Part shown: in pieces, positions 20,875 through 31,716 of the stretch | Position numbering within the stretch: position 1 is the stretch's first letter | Layout of the letters: each line of letters opens with the position of its first letter | DNA from: a virus | Virus record (IMG/VR): IMGVR_UViG_3300024350_000006 | Direction: 5' to 3' (one strand) | Length of the DNA: 64,000 nt | Program-made: the position numbers and the translations under genes | Notes under the pieces: generated by a model | The model's input: the letters and a program-made list of their open reading frames with translations, nothing else | Databases searched by the model: none | Told to the model about the DNA's origin: nothing

Positions 20875-22077
20875 ATGTTTTCAAAAACTATTCCTAGTGC
20901 AAGCTTTTGTAGTTTGCCGTTCACGCACCAGTACAGAAATACTAACGGAGAAATAGCTCTATGCTGTGATAACGCTTTTAATGTACTGGAAAAAACTCCA
21001 CAGGAATCTATGCTGGATGTTTTTAATTCTCATCGTATGAACAGTCTTAGGAATATGATGTTGAATGGGGAAAGATCTAGTGACTGTGCTGTTTGTTATA
21101 AAATGGAAGATAAGGGTCTATATAGTCCACGACAACGAGCTAACGAATGGTGGTGCAATAGAGAACCATCTGCACTGGATGACCAAATTACAAAATTTAA
21201 AAATGATGAAACATTAACACCGGTTAGTCTTGATATAAGATTTAGTAGTAAATGCGCACTAAAATGTAGAACCTGTAATCCACATAATAGCAGCACAATA
21301 GCTGCTGAGGTAAACACATTTAGAGAAAATAAACTAAACATACCTGTAAGTATAGATCAAGAATATTTTCTAGAACATACCACACGCCCTGCTCCCTGGA
21401 CTGCTCAGGAAGTCCCACTTAGTCCCAACCTAAAAGTACTTAATATAGTTGGTGGCGAACCTTTAATAGAAGAAGAAAATAATAATCTACTAGAACGAGT
21501 AGCAGAATTGAACGCAGACCCTGAAATAAGAATAAACACAAGCTTTGCGAGAAAAAATAATAAACTTAAAGAAATAATTAAAAATTTTAATCACGTATTG
21601 TTTATTGTAAGTCTAGACGGGATTGGTAGTTTAAATGATTATATAAGACACGGCAGCAATTTTCTGGAAGTCTTGGAAAATATAGAACTTAATAGAAAAA
21701 ACCTCTGCGCTTTTAATACTACAGTCAGTATCTATAATGTTCTGTATCTAGCTGATATAATAGAGTACATTTCGGAGAATTATCCGAACACTTACCATCT
21801 TATAAATCTTACAAGTAATCATAGTCCTACTGAATTACACAATACACCACCAGAATTCCGTAATATTATTATAGAAAAGCTTGAGCAAATTAAAAGCAAA
21901 AAACTTAATACTATAATAGAACTTACAGAACTAGATAATGTAATTAATGTACTTAAACAAGACAACTTTAATACAGATAGTTTTCAGAAATTTATAGATT
22001 TTACTAGATTTATTGACCAGCAGCGTGGAGAGTTGATAGGCAATATAGTACCAGATTATAATAAATACTTTGAATAA
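20875..22077 (+). CDS. radical SAM protein with N-terminal SPASM/twitch domain
   Basis: CALKCRTC, GGEP, SLDG; N-terminal FCSLPF..LCC..CAVC. Confidence 0.85.
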   Translation: MFSKTIPSASFCSLPFTHQYRNTNGEIALCCDNAFNVLEKTPQESMLDVFNSHRMNSLRNMMLNGERSSDCAVCYKMEDKGLYSPRQRANEWWCNREPSALDDQITKFKNDETLTPVSLDIRFSSKCALKCRTCNPHNSSTIAAEVNTFRENKLNIPVSIDQEYFLEHTTRPAPWTAQEVPLSPNLKVLNIVGGEPLIEEENNNLLERVAELNADPEIRINTSFARKNNKLKEIIKNFNHVLFIVSLDGIGSLNDYIRHGSNFLEVLENIELNRKNLCAFNTTVSIYNVLYLADIIEYISENYPNTYHLINLTSNHSPTELHNTPPEFRNIIIEKLEQIKSKKLNTIIELTELDNVINVLKQDNFNTDSFQKFIDFTRFIDQQRGELIGNIVPDYNKYFE

Positions 22078-22087
22078 AGGATCTATT

Positions 22088-22897
22088 ATGAAAAAAATAC
22101 TGTTGTTTCTATTATTAACTTTAAGTAATTTAGCTTATGCCTGGGACCAGACTCCGCCATTACCAGTGGAACGCTGTCAGGTACATAATCCCTGGGGCTG
22201 GGCACAGACTACCAAACAAGTGACCGCTATATGCCGTCGAGCTTATTTTGTTGCCTACGATGCTGCTGCAAAAATACCTAATTATGTAACATATACACTA
22301 ACACCAGCTAACGCTCTTGGCTGCTGGCCACGGACTAATGCTTTTGTAGCAGATGAAAGTGTCCCCAATGGTCCAACTCCCAGCGACTACGCTGGCACAG
22401 GCTACGACAAAGGACACGCAGTACCAGATGGTGATCTAAGCTGGGACCAACAAGTAGAGTACGAAAGCTTTTTGATGACAAATATGTATCCACAACTAGG
22501 TGGACTCAATAGAGGCATTTGGAAACTATTAGAAACATCAGTGCGTGGCTGGGCAGTGCAGACCAATAATGTCTACACTATCTACGTTGGTGGTGTTTAT
22601 GACACAGCTACCGATAAAAAAATTGGACGTGGCGTAGTAGTACCCACAGGATTTTATAAGATAGTTATAAATCAAAATACAGGAGCTATGGCTGGTTGGT
22701 ATTTTAAACACGAAGGCGGTCAGGGAAATGATCTAACTAAAGTTCGTGCAAGTATTGCAGCTATTCAACAAAAGGCTGGCGTTACTTTTTCTTTTCCAGC
22801 CAATGCCAGGGAATTACCAGTGGGCCAAGAATGGCCAGTTGACTACGGAGCTCTAACCAATGCAAAACGTCAAAAATGTAAAGGATCCGGGGAATAA
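22088..22897 (+). CDS. DNA/RNA non-specific endonuclease (NucA family) with signal peptide
   Basis: YDKGH, NMYPQ...LNRGIWKLLE, VPTGFYK; MKKILLFLLL...AYA signal. Confidence 0.9.
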   Translation: MKKILLFLLLTLSNLAYAWDQTPPLPVERCQVHNPWGWAQTTKQVTAICRRAYFVAYDAAAKIPNYVTYTLTPANALGCWPRTNAFVADESVPNGPTPSDYAGTGYDKGHAVPDGDLSWDQQVEYESFLMTNMYPQLGGLNRGIWKLLETSVRGWAVQTNNVYTIYVGGVYDTATDKKIGRGVVVPTGFYKIVINQNTGAMAGWYFKHEGGQGNDLTKVRASIAAIQQKAGVTFSFPANARELPVGQEWPVDYGALTNAKRQKCKGSGE

Positions 22898-22939
22898 TCC
22901 AGACGACGATCGTCCAGTTATTCCCTACGGAGAACATTA

Positions 22940-23218
22940 ATGCGAGAAATAAAATTTACTACACAGGATTTCGTTAAAAACGAAACTGACGATGCAGTGC
23001 TAGATCCCAACGATCCCATTTATGAAATGATGCATCTAGCTGGAATAAAGCCAGTGGACCAAACTCCTAAGTTTAGTGAAGGTAGTAACATTAGTAAAAC
23101 AGCAGCAGAAAAAGCAGCATTAATGAAAAAACACAAAATTAAACCAGGTACTGATGCCTGGTTTAAGCTTTGGTTTAGTTTACCTTATCTCACAGGAGAA
23201 AAGCCCCTAGATAAATAA
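22940..23218 (+). CDS. hypothetical protein
   Basis: ORF with GGAG RBS. Confidence 0.6.
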   Translation: MREIKFTTQDFVKNETDDAVLDPNDPIYEMMHLAGIKPVDQTPKFSEGSNISKTAAEKAALMKKHKIKPGTDAWFKLWFSLPYLTGEKPLDK

Positions 23219-23238
23219 TATGCTAACTTAATTTATCT

Positions 23239-23733
23239 ATGAGTTCTGAAACTATCAAATTCCGTTTTACTTTTTTAGCAGAATACTGGGACAAACCGCC
23301 AGCAATTATTCTTAGGCTAGACGACAAAGAACTTTTTAATGGTGTTATTACTCAAGAACAAAGTATCCTGGAATTCAAAGAAACAATCACCTTCGGCAGA
23401 CACAAACTTAGTATAGATCGACAGGGAAAAGATAATAGTCAAACCAAATTATTACCTGATGGTGGTTACCAAGATCAATTGTTAACTCTAGATAAACTTG
23501 TTATAGATGATGTAGACATTAGAGACATAGTAAATCATTACAGTTATACGAAACCTATCTATCCAGAGCCCTGGGCAAGTTTAGAAAGAAGAAAGGGTAA
23601 TGATCTTCCGGAATATGTGAGAGGACAAACCTGTTGGGGACACAACTTAACCTGGACTTTAAAGTTTACTAGCCCGTTTTATCTTCACGTAATGAACTGG
23701 ATGCGAGGAAATTTAAATGAACAGTTCCATTGA
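23239..23733 (+). CDS. hypothetical protein, similar to 32783..33310
   Basis: Shared pattern H.L.I...GK....T.......DQ..TL..L..DD. Confidence 0.6.
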   Translation: MSSETIKFRFTFLAEYWDKPPAIILRLDDKELFNGVITQEQSILEFKETITFGRHKLSIDRQGKDNSQTKLLPDGGYQDQLLTLDKLVIDDVDIRDIVNHYSYTKPIYPEPWASLERRKGNDLPEYVRGQTCWGHNLTWTLKFTSPFYLHVMNWMRGNLNEQFH

Positions 23734-24535
23734 ACTCTCCAATAAATTATATACTATAGAAGATAACTTTCTTCGTAAATTAAAAAATGAATGGTTTACT
23801 GGCAGCCAAAAGCTTGTTACCAACGCACAGTTTATTCCCTTGGCTAATGAATGGTTTCAATCTACTAAAATTAATGATATTAGAGGCTGGGAAAAATTTC
23901 CCTATAAAGATGTCATAATGGGTTGTACTCAATACATTGAAAGTTTTTTTATTAAGTACGGTCTGGATGGTTTTCAAATACTGGAAGATGAATATGCCTA
24001 TTACAGATTAATGGGGAAACACGGTGTAAAATTAGGCAGTCTAGAGCCAAATAAACCACTGGTAGTAAGCTTCCCTAACTTTAAATATATTGATGATAGG
24101 CCCGGCTGGCAGGACTTGTTTTCCGAATGTGAGCAAAAAGATATTGATATACATCTAGATATGGCCTGGATCACCACCGCCCGAGACGTCGCCATAGATC
24201 TAGATCACCCCAATATAAAATCTCTGGCAATGAGCCTGAGTAAATATTCTCTACACTGGAATAGGGTGGGATTACGTTGGACAAAACAACGTACTATGGA
24301 TAGTATAACAATTTTTAATCATTACTACGGTGACGTAAACAGTGGCATAACCAGTTGTGGTAATTTTATGATAGAAAACTTGCCTCGTGATTACGGATGG
24401 AATACTTATCGCAACAAACACTTTCAAATTTGTAGAGATAACAATCTAGAAAGTACAAAAATGATACACGTGGTCAAGCGTCCAGGTGACACTGAAAGTT
24501 ATGGCATAGCCAAGTACTTAACTCAAGATGAATGA
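23717..24535 (+). CDS. PLP-dependent transferase-like protein
   Basis: IHLDMAW and SLSK...RVG motifs. Confidence 0.55.
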   Translation: MNSSIELSNKLYTIEDNFLRKLKNEWFTGSQKLVTNAQFIPLANEWFQSTKINDIRGWEKFPYKDVIMGCTQYIESFFIKYGLDGFQILEDEYAYYRLMGKHGVKLGSLEPNKPLVVSFPNFKYIDDRPGWQDLFSECEQKDIDIHLDMAWITTARDVAIDLDHPNIKSLAMSLSKYSLHWNRVGLRWTKQRTMDSITIFNHYYGDVNSGITSCGNFMIENLPRDYGWNTYRNKHFQICRDNNLESTKMIHVVKRPGDTESYGIAKYLTQDE

Positions 24536-25088
24536 TAATCACATAAATCAACACCTAGCAAATTGTTTGAAAAACAGACAAACAGTAACTCCAGGTCTAT
24601 GTTTTGTAAAAGATTTTTTACCCCAAGAATTATTAGCAGAATTATTAAACTATATAAACACGACTAATGATTGGAAACCTTACAATGTTCCCAGCCAAAA
24701 AAATAGAAACGTAATACAAGGCTCAGAGCTTCTTGCTAGATTATACCCATATTTTGACCGAATTACGCCCCAAATAAAATATATATTTAGAAAACCTAAA
24801 TTAATTTTAGAAGGAATCACACTGTGGCAGGACAAATACAAATATTATATAAGCAAACATACTGATAATCCCGAGATAGAAGTTGCTATACAAATTTATC
24901 TGAGTAATAATTCCTATCCTCTTGCAACTACATTTGTAATTGAAGGACAAGATGTGCAGCCAGAATATCAAGTAAACTCAGGGTATATTATGGATAATGC
25001 GGCTAGTATTACACATTATCTTTGGCCCCCAGTTCCACAAGAAGAATTACGCCACAGTTTACATATAATTTGGAAACTAGACAACTAA
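24528..25088 (+). CDS. 2OG-Fe(II) oxygenase-like
   Basis: HTD, IQIYL, distal H and RxS. Confidence 0.65.
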   Translation: MNDNHINQHLANCLKNRQTVTPGLCFVKDFLPQELLAELLNYINTTNDWKPYNVPSQKNRNVIQGSELLARLYPYFDRITPQIKYIFRKPKLILEGITLWQDKYKYYISKHTDNPEIEVAIQIYLSNNSYPLATTFVIEGQDVQPEYQVNSGYIMDNAASITHYLWPPVPQEELRHSLHIIWKLDN

Positions 25089-25118
25089 TAAATAAAAAGA
25101 TTTAGAATTTTATATAAA

Positions 25119-26684
25119 ATGGCCACACAGAATACTGTAAATCTAATTAAAACCCCACACCAGGCACAGCTCTGGAGTGCGGACCAGATGCGAGAGATGG
25201 TAAAATGTGCTGATCCTATAAATGGGCCGCAGTATTTTCTCGAAACTTATTTTTATATACAACACCCTACCAAGGGAAGATTACTCTATAAACCTTTCGA
25301 ATATCAAAGAAGATTAGTAGACGTTTATCACAACTATAGGTTTAACATAAGCCTTATGCCCCGACAGACTGGTAAATCTACCACGGCTGCTGGTTATCTC
25401 TTGTGGTATGCTATGTTTGTTCCAGATAGCACCATATTAATTGCGGCACACAAATATTCCGGTGCGCAGGAAATTATGCAACGTATTAGGTATGCATATG
25501 AAAACGTTCCTGATCATATTCGTGCAGGTGTAGTTACTTACAATAAAGGCAGTATTGATTTTGATAACGGCAGTAGAATAGTTAGTGCTACCACTACCGA
25601 AACAACTGGCCGAGGTATGTCTATATCATTACTTTATTGCGACGAGTTTGCGTTCGTCCGTCCAACTATTGCCAAAGAGTTTTGGACTTCTATCAGTCCT
25701 ACGTTGGCAACGGGTGGTAAGTGTATGATTACCTCCACACCCAACAGTGATGAAGATCAATTCGCGCAAATTTGGAGATTGGCAAACAAAACTTTTGATG
25801 AATATGGTAATGAAGTAGAGCTTGGTGTTAACGGATTCAAGGCTTTTAAATCTAGTTGGCAAGAACATCCTGAACGTGATGAAGCCTGGGCTAGGCAGAT
25901 GCGGGAGCAACTAGGCGAAGAAAGATTTAGAAGAGAGATGGATTGTGAATTTATTATCTTTGATGAAACTTTAATTAATCCTATTAAGCTAACGGAACTA
26001 GCTGGTATAGACCCATTACAAAAACAAGGACAAATACGTTGGTATAAACGTCCAGAAAAAGACTGTGTTTATATTGTAGCTCTTGATCCTAGCTTGGGCA
26101 CAGGCGGAGATCCCAGTGCTATACAAGTATTAGAACTTCCCAGCCTCTGCCAAATAGCCGAATGGCAACATAATAAAACAACTGTGCAAGAACAAGTTAG
26201 ATTATTAGCGAGTATCACAGAAACTTTAGCTGAAGCGAGTGGGAGCCCTAATAATGTCTATTACAGCCTAGAGAATAATACACTAGGCGAAGCTGCTCTT
26301 GTGGCTCTGGCTGAATATGGAGAAGAAAAGATATCAGGTATATTTTTAAGCGAACCAGCTAAGGCAGTTTCCGGGCGCAGATTCCGCAAGGGGTTTAACA
26401 CTACGCACAAAAGTAAGTTAGCTGCCTGTAGCAAATTTAAAAATTTAGTGGAAACTGGTAAGCTGAAAATAGCTAGTAAAAGTTTAATAAGCGAGCTAAA
26501 AGTGTTTGTGGCTAGTGGTGGTAGTTTCAAGGCTAAAATTGGCGAGACTGACGATCTAGTAATGTCTATGCTTTTGGCAGTTAGGATAGCCACCTTTTTA
26601 AGAGAATTTGACCCAGCCCTAGACCAGCAGCTGAAAGATAGCACGGAAACTGAAGTTATGCCTCTACCGTTTATAATGAGCTAG
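25119..26684 (+). CDS. terminase large subunit (gp17-like)
   Basis: PRQTGKST Walker A, LLYCDEFAF Walker B, ITSTPN, nuclease LDPS.G, TDDLVM. Confidence 0.95.
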   Translation: MATQNTVNLIKTPHQAQLWSADQMREMVKCADPINGPQYFLETYFYIQHPTKGRLLYKPFEYQRRLVDVYHNYRFNISLMPRQTGKSTTAAGYLLWYAMFVPDSTILIAAHKYSGAQEIMQRIRYAYENVPDHIRAGVVTYNKGSIDFDNGSRIVSATTTETTGRGMSISLLYCDEFAFVRPTIAKEFWTSISPTLATGGKCMITSTPNSDEDQFAQIWRLANKTFDEYGNEVELGVNGFKAFKSSWQEHPERDEAWARQMREQLGEERFRREMDCEFIIFDETLINPIKLTELAGIDPLQKQGQIRWYKRPEKDCVYIVALDPSLGTGGDPSAIQVLELPSLCQIAEWQHNKTTVQEQVRLLASITETLAEASGSPNNVYYSLENNTLGEAALVALAEYGEEKISGIFLSEPAKAVSGRRFRKGFNTTHKSKLAACSKFKNLVETGKLKIASKSLISELKVFVASGGSFKAKIGETDDLVMSMLLAVRIATFLREFDPALDQQLKDSTETEVMPLPFIMS

Positions 26685-26717
26685 TGCTAAATACTGGGTA
26701 TTCTTTAAATTTTAATT

Positions 26718-29700
26718 ATGATCAACCTAGAAAAAGTATCTGATAACCTTTTTAACAAAATTCGCAGCAGATTTGATGGGGTAACTCTTTACGACGCTGC
26801 CTTGAAAAAAACGGAAGATCAGGAGAAAGCTAGATATTTTGTCTTTAATTTCAAAGCTAGCGACAATGTAGAGTATGGTCAAATTACTATGCATCTAGGA
26901 GAGGATAGAAATCTTTTAGTATTTTATGATATGACTCTGGATGATAAAATGCCAGATAATATCAAGGATGAATGGTATAACTTTGTAAGATCGATGAGGC
27001 AATTCGCACGACGTAATCGTTGCAGTTATGATGTTCGCGACATAACCGTAGCTGGACTTGAACTAAGAGATTTAAAACACGTAAGCAAAGATCAGGACAT
27101 CTTTAATACATCAGAAGTTGTAAATGAAGCCAAAATGTCGGGGACTTCACGAAGTAGTTACGAACATCTAGGGCCTACTAAAATAATTGTAAGACACAGT
27201 AAGAAGGTGGACGAGGAAATACTCGGCGCAAGAAGCAGAAATGTAGCGGCCATCTACGTCGAGAACCACCTTGGTGAACGTTTTAGATTACCAGAAGGAA
27301 CTTCGGTAAGTGAAGCAAGAGCCTATGCTAGACACGTAAAAAATGGCGGCAGGGTGGACGATGAGTTTGGCAAACACATCACTAATATTATATCTGAGAT
27401 GAAAAGTCTTAGAACTTTTGTGCGTAATATGCGTGGCCGTCAATTTGAAGATGCTGAAACACAAACTATGGTAGAAACAGCAATTGATTATTACGGCGGA
27501 TTGCATAGAGACCTACATAGTTTAAGAGGACAACGTGGCTACACCAAATACATAGAAAATTGGGAACCACCTCAGGAAGTTCTTGCAGATGATGTCAATC
27601 TAGAAGAATTACGTGCAAGATTTGAACGAAGAATTTTTGATGAGCGTATGAGTTCAGCTCTGCCTATAGTTGCTAGAGCCTATAAACAAAGACGCAACTG
27701 GGCAGAATCAGAATTTAAAGAATGGGCTAGTGGCATAATTGGCCAATTTGATGAAGACCTAGAAGAAGAATCAGAAGCCTATAAAGATCACCAGAAGATC
27801 CGTAAGCAGAGTGGATTACCTAATCCTGACTACTATGCAGCACTTAAAAAATTATATGATAGAAATTTAAATAACGAAATTAGCGACCAGGAATTAGACA
27901 CACTGCGTAAACAATTGAAACAAAAGTATAATATTAAAGAAAATTTAGTTGTTGATGTTGTTGAAGAAACATTTGAGGCACAAACTACAGAGACTAAAAG
28001 TGTAGCCAATATTAAGACTAGGTTAGAACAAGCTCTTAGAGAAAGTTGGAAGTCTAAACTAGCAGGCGCAGCTCTTGCAGCTACTAATTTTGTAACACCA
28101 AGTGCTGATAGTGCAGAGTTAGAAACTAAACCCATTACTATTGCTGTTGTAACTATTGGTGACGAAGTCAGACGTTATAATCTAGGAGATAAGTTTTCTA
28201 GTGCCAAGGAAGCTGAGCAATTTATTAGTAGCGTTCTAGATAAACAAGGACTGTCTGGATATACATTAGATATCAAACACGGGTATCCTAAAAAAGATCC
28301 AGAGTTAAAGGAAGATTTAAGAAAATGGTTCAAGGAAAAGTGGGTAAGATTTGGTCCTGACGGCAAAATCCGCGGGGATTGTGCTAGAGGAAGTGATAGT
28401 GAAGGTAAACCCAAGTGTCTGCCCCAGAGTAAAGCACACGCTCTTGGTAAAAAAGGTCGTGCAAGTGCCGCAGCAAAAAAACGCAGAGAAGATCCAAATC
28501 CCGAGAGAAGAGGAGCTGCCAAGAATGTTGCTACTAAAACTAACGAACAAGAACTAGAAGAAAAGTGGTCAGAAAAATATAAACGCAGTATTAACTGCAA
28601 TAATCCCAAGGGATTTAGTCAACGTGCTCATTGTCAGGGCAAGAAAAAACAAGAAGAATCTACTAAAAAGAAATCCAAAACACCTGCCTACTACGGCTAT
28701 TGGTATCCAGGATTTGGATATTATGCTACCAATGACCAAGGCGGTGAAGGGGGCGGTGATGCTGGTGGAGAAAGTGTAAAAGAAAATACCTGCCCTGCTT
28801 GTGGTGGACTTATGCTAGAGCATACAGCCCTCAACGAAAAGAAAGACGCCTGCTATTACAAAGTTAAAAGCAGATACAAAGTTTGGCCCAGTGCCTATGC
28901 TAGTGGTGCTCTAGTTAAGTGCCGTAAAAAAGGCGCAAAAAATTGGGGGAGCAAAAAAGAATCCATACAGGAAGCTAACCTAATTAATATGCTACCCTGG
29001 CCAGAATTGTTAGACAAAATAAGTAGACAATTAAAAGCAATGGGATGGAACGGTCCTAGTCGCAGAAATGACGACACATATTTGTTCAGTATGGAAGGAC
29101 GACTGGACGATGAATGGTATATGATAATACTTAACAACGAGGGAAATGGTTGGTTCGAGTATGCCCTTGGCACTGTGGAAGAAGGTGACCCCTATATAGG
29201 ATTCAAGCAACAGTTACCTACCACAGAACCCAGTGTTAGTATGGTAATTGAAGAGGTAAAAGAAGGATTTGATCTTAAAGAGTCCTTAGACCCTGAACAA
29301 ATACGGGTGGGACAACTAGCCCAAGACGCTAAAATTAAAACAGGTAGAGTGATAGGTAACCCACCACAAAAGCAACACGGTTTAACAGGGAAGTTAGTGG
29401 GTGAGCTAGATAGTAGTATTCAAGCTCCAGGCCCTCTGTTATATGAACTCTTTAAAACACCTAAAAAATTAACAGAACAGGATCTGGATCTAGCCAATGA
29501 AGGTACCTTTGATAAATTATTCCAAGATAATGAAATTAACTTTACCTATCTAGATAGCAAGTACATATTGGACAGTGCAGCAGAAGTTGCTAGAGCTAAA
29601 GACCTAATTGCTCATTATGCTCTTAACAATAATAAAAAAATCAAATATCCTAAATTTGATATCAAAAAGGACAATGAGCTTACTGGAGCAAGTACCTGGG

Positions 29701-29729
29701 AACGAAGTCCCGTAAGCGGCGCCAAATAA
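26718..29729 (+). CDS. large modular virion-associated protein (polyprotein-like)
   Basis: 1003 aa; globular N-terminal third, then short basic modules separated by (L/I/V)xE motifs. Confidence 0.7.
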   Translation: MINLEKVSDNLFNKIRSRFDGVTLYDAALKKTEDQEKARYFVFNFKASDNVEYGQITMHLGEDRNLLVFYDMTLDDKMPDNIKDEWYNFVRSMRQFARRNRCSYDVRDITVAGLELRDLKHVSKDQDIFNTSEVVNEAKMSGTSRSSYEHLGPTKIIVRHSKKVDEEILGARSRNVAAIYVENHLGERFRLPEGTSVSEARAYARHVKNGGRVDDEFGKHITNIISEMKSLRTFVRNMRGRQFEDAETQTMVETAIDYYGGLHRDLHSLRGQRGYTKYIENWEPPQEVLADDVNLEELRARFERRIFDERMSSALPIVARAYKQRRNWAESEFKEWASGIIGQFDEDLEEESEAYKDHQKIRKQSGLPNPDYYAALKKLYDRNLNNEISDQELDTLRKQLKQKYNIKENLVVDVVEETFEAQTTETKSVANIKTRLEQALRESWKSKLAGAALAATNFVTPSADSAELETKPITIAVVTIGDEVRRYNLGDKFSSAKEAEQFISSVLDKQGLSGYTLDIKHGYPKKDPELKEDLRKWFKEKWVRFGPDGKIRGDCARGSDSEGKPKCLPQSKAHALGKKGRASAAAKKRREDPNPERRGAAKNVATKTNEQELEEKWSEKYKRSINCNNPKGFSQRAHCQGKKKQEESTKKKSKTPAYYGYWYPGFGYYATNDQGGEGGGDAGGESVKENTCPACGGLMLEHTALNEKKDACYYKVKSRYKVWPSAYASGALVKCRKKGAKNWGSKKESIQEANLINMLPWPELLDKISRQLKAMGWNGPSRRNDDTYLFSMEGRLDDEWYMIILNNEGNGWFEYALGTVEEGDPYIGFKQQLPTTEPSVSMVIEEVKEGFDLKESLDPEQIRVGQLAQDAKIKTGRVIGNPPQKQHGLTGKLVGELDSSIQAPGPLLYELFKTPKKLTEQDLDLANEGTFDKLFQDNEINFTYLDSKYILDSAAEVARAKDLIAHYALNNNKKIKYPKFDIKKDNELTGASTWERSPVSGAK

Positions 29730-29732
29730 GTT

Positions 29733-29757
29733 AAACCGGGCAATGCCCGGTTTTTTA
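29733..29757 (+). terminator. intrinsic terminator
   Basis: AAACCGGGC-AAT-GCCCGGTTT plus T-run. Confidence 0.85.
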
Positions 29758-29891
29758 TTGGTAAAAATTGCCTTGACTTTACCAAATAAAATCTATATTC
29801 TGTCTATCTATGCTAAATAGTTATGTTACATCTTGCAAGGGGCTTGATGTATCAAGGAAACTAACTAAGACCATCTTAAGGAGAATATATA

Positions 29892-30896
29892 ATGGCAACA
29901 TCACTAGCAGAAATTCGTGCCAAACTACAGGCACAAGAATCAAAAAAATCCGGCAACAAAGAATCACAAACTTCCGATAACACAATTTTCCCACACTGGA
30001 ATATTCCCGAGAATAGCACAGCTCGTGTGAGATTTCTTCCCGACGCTGACCCCAAGAACAGCTTTTTCTGGTTAGAGCGTCTAACTATTAAATTACCTTT
30101 CAGTGGAATCAAAGGCCAGGCTGATAGTAAGCCTGTTATTGTTCAAGTACCCTGTGTGGAAATGTATGGCGACGCTTGTCCTATTCTGGCAGAAGTTCGC
30201 AACTGGTATAAAGACGACAGTCTTAAAGAAACAGCCAATAAGTACTGGAAAAAACGTAGTTATCTTTTCCAGGGTTTTGTTCGTGATAATCCACTGGGCG
30301 AAGAAAAGGCTCCAGAAAATCCAATTCGACGTTTTGTCATTAGTCCGCAAATTTTCAAGACCATCAAGGACAGCCTTATGGATCCTGAATTAGAAAGTAT
30401 TCCCACTGACTATGCCAGCGGCCTTGATTTCAATATTAAAAAATCTAAAAAGGGTGAATACGCTGATTACAGTACTAGCGGTTGGGCACGTAAGGAGTCT
30501 GCACTAACACAGGACGAGGCCAATGCCATTGAACAATTTGGTTTGTTTAATCTGTCTGATTTCCTACCCAAACGTCCTAATGAGGAAGAACTCCGCATTA
30601 TCAAGGAAATGTTTGAAGCAAGTGTAGATGGTGAGGCCTATGATCCTGAACGTTGGGGCAATTATTACAAACCCTATGGCCTTAGCACTGGTGGTGACGA
30701 TTCTGGCACTGCGACAACTAGTGCAGCGGCAAAGCCAACGACTAGTCGTCCAGTAGAAGTAGCTGATGAGGATACTGACCCTCCTTTTGAACCTACTAAA
30801 CCAGTGGCCACAGTTACAGCACAGCCTGCTACGAAACCTGCTGCACAAAAGGCTGAAGACATCCTAGCGATGATCCGCAACAGAAAAACTCAGTAA
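29892..30896 (+). CDS. single-stranded DNA-binding protein (T4 gp32-like)
   Basis: RVRFLPD, C....G..CP, ADYSTS, charged tail; upstream of uvsX. Confidence 0.85.
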   Translation: MATSLAEIRAKLQAQESKKSGNKESQTSDNTIFPHWNIPENSTARVRFLPDADPKNSFFWLERLTIKLPFSGIKGQADSKPVIVQVPCVEMYGDACPILAEVRNWYKDDSLKETANKYWKKRSYLFQGFVRDNPLGEEKAPENPIRRFVISPQIFKTIKDSLMDPELESIPTDYASGLDFNIKKSKKGEYADYSTSGWARKESALTQDEANAIEQFGLFNLSDFLPKRPNEEELRIIKEMFEASVDGEAYDPERWGNYYKPYGLSTGGDDSGTATTSAAAKPTTSRPVEVADEDTDPPFEPTKPVATVTAQPATKPAAQKAEDILAMIRNRKTQ

Positions 30897-31714
30897 TGAA
30901 ACTTACTGTGTTACTGGGCTCTTCAGGAGAAGAGTCTTTTGACATCAATCTGTACGATAATTCCTTTGCTCGAAAATGGGCAAAGGAATTTCAATGGTGT
31001 CTGGAAAACTGTGAAATCAATCAAGATGAAGCTTTTAGTGGATTATTATCTCTGGAAGAATCTTGTAAAATTTTGATGGATAGTTGTCTAATAATAAACA
31101 AGTATCTTAAAAATTTTATAGAAGTTAGAGATAATATTCTAGATCAGCCTCAGGATTATTTCAATTATCTACACAGTAAGTTTGAAAAACTAAGCGGGGG
31201 ATTTGGTAGCCCAACCAGAATCTTTAGCTTGGCCAACAAGGAACTTAAAGATGCTATTAGAAATTTAAACTTTTATCTGCACAGAGTAGAAACTAAAATA
31301 CCTGAAGTACCCTATCTCTATTTTAGTTTCAATAAAGATCAATATAGAAGAATAAGTTTAGATCCACAAGACTATGATTTTTTTGAATTTGATCTGCCTG
31401 CTGGTACATTATACCTGCATTATGCAGAGTTAGGCAAAGAGTTCCTAGATCTATATCAAGACAACCTCCCCATCGATTACCCTGGACTTCAAAATCTCCA
31501 TTATTACAGTGGCGAGGCCAGTTTGATATTTTTTCCGTATAGTTTGCTTTCTGACGAGAATTATGTACAATGGATGAAAGATAATAGCATAGATCCCTGT
31601 GATAAAAAACTAGGGCACGGAAGAATACCATTGGGGTTAGTAGAAGATCTGGAACACTCTTTACAAAAAATAAAAAATCAAAAAAATATATTTAAAATTT
31701 TAATCAAGGAATAA
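30896..31714 (+). CDS. hypothetical protein
   Basis: Coupled 272-aa ORF. Confidence 0.65.
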   Translation: MKLTVLLGSSGEESFDINLYDNSFARKWAKEFQWCLENCEINQDEAFSGLLSLEESCKILMDSCLIINKYLKNFIEVRDNILDQPQDYFNYLHSKFEKLSGGFGSPTRIFSLANKELKDAIRNLNFYLHRVETKIPEVPYLYFSFNKDQYRRISLDPQDYDFFEFDLPAGTLYLHYAELGKEFLDLYQDNLPIDYPGLQNLHYYSGEASLIFFPYSLLSDENYVQWMKDNSIDPCDKKLGHGRIPLGLVEDLEHSLQKIKNQKNIFKILIKE

Positions 31715-31716
31715 TT

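Noticed and set aside
391-31631. Antisense or nested ORFs within structural and replication genes
   Set aside because: Explained by codon bias of the sense genes.
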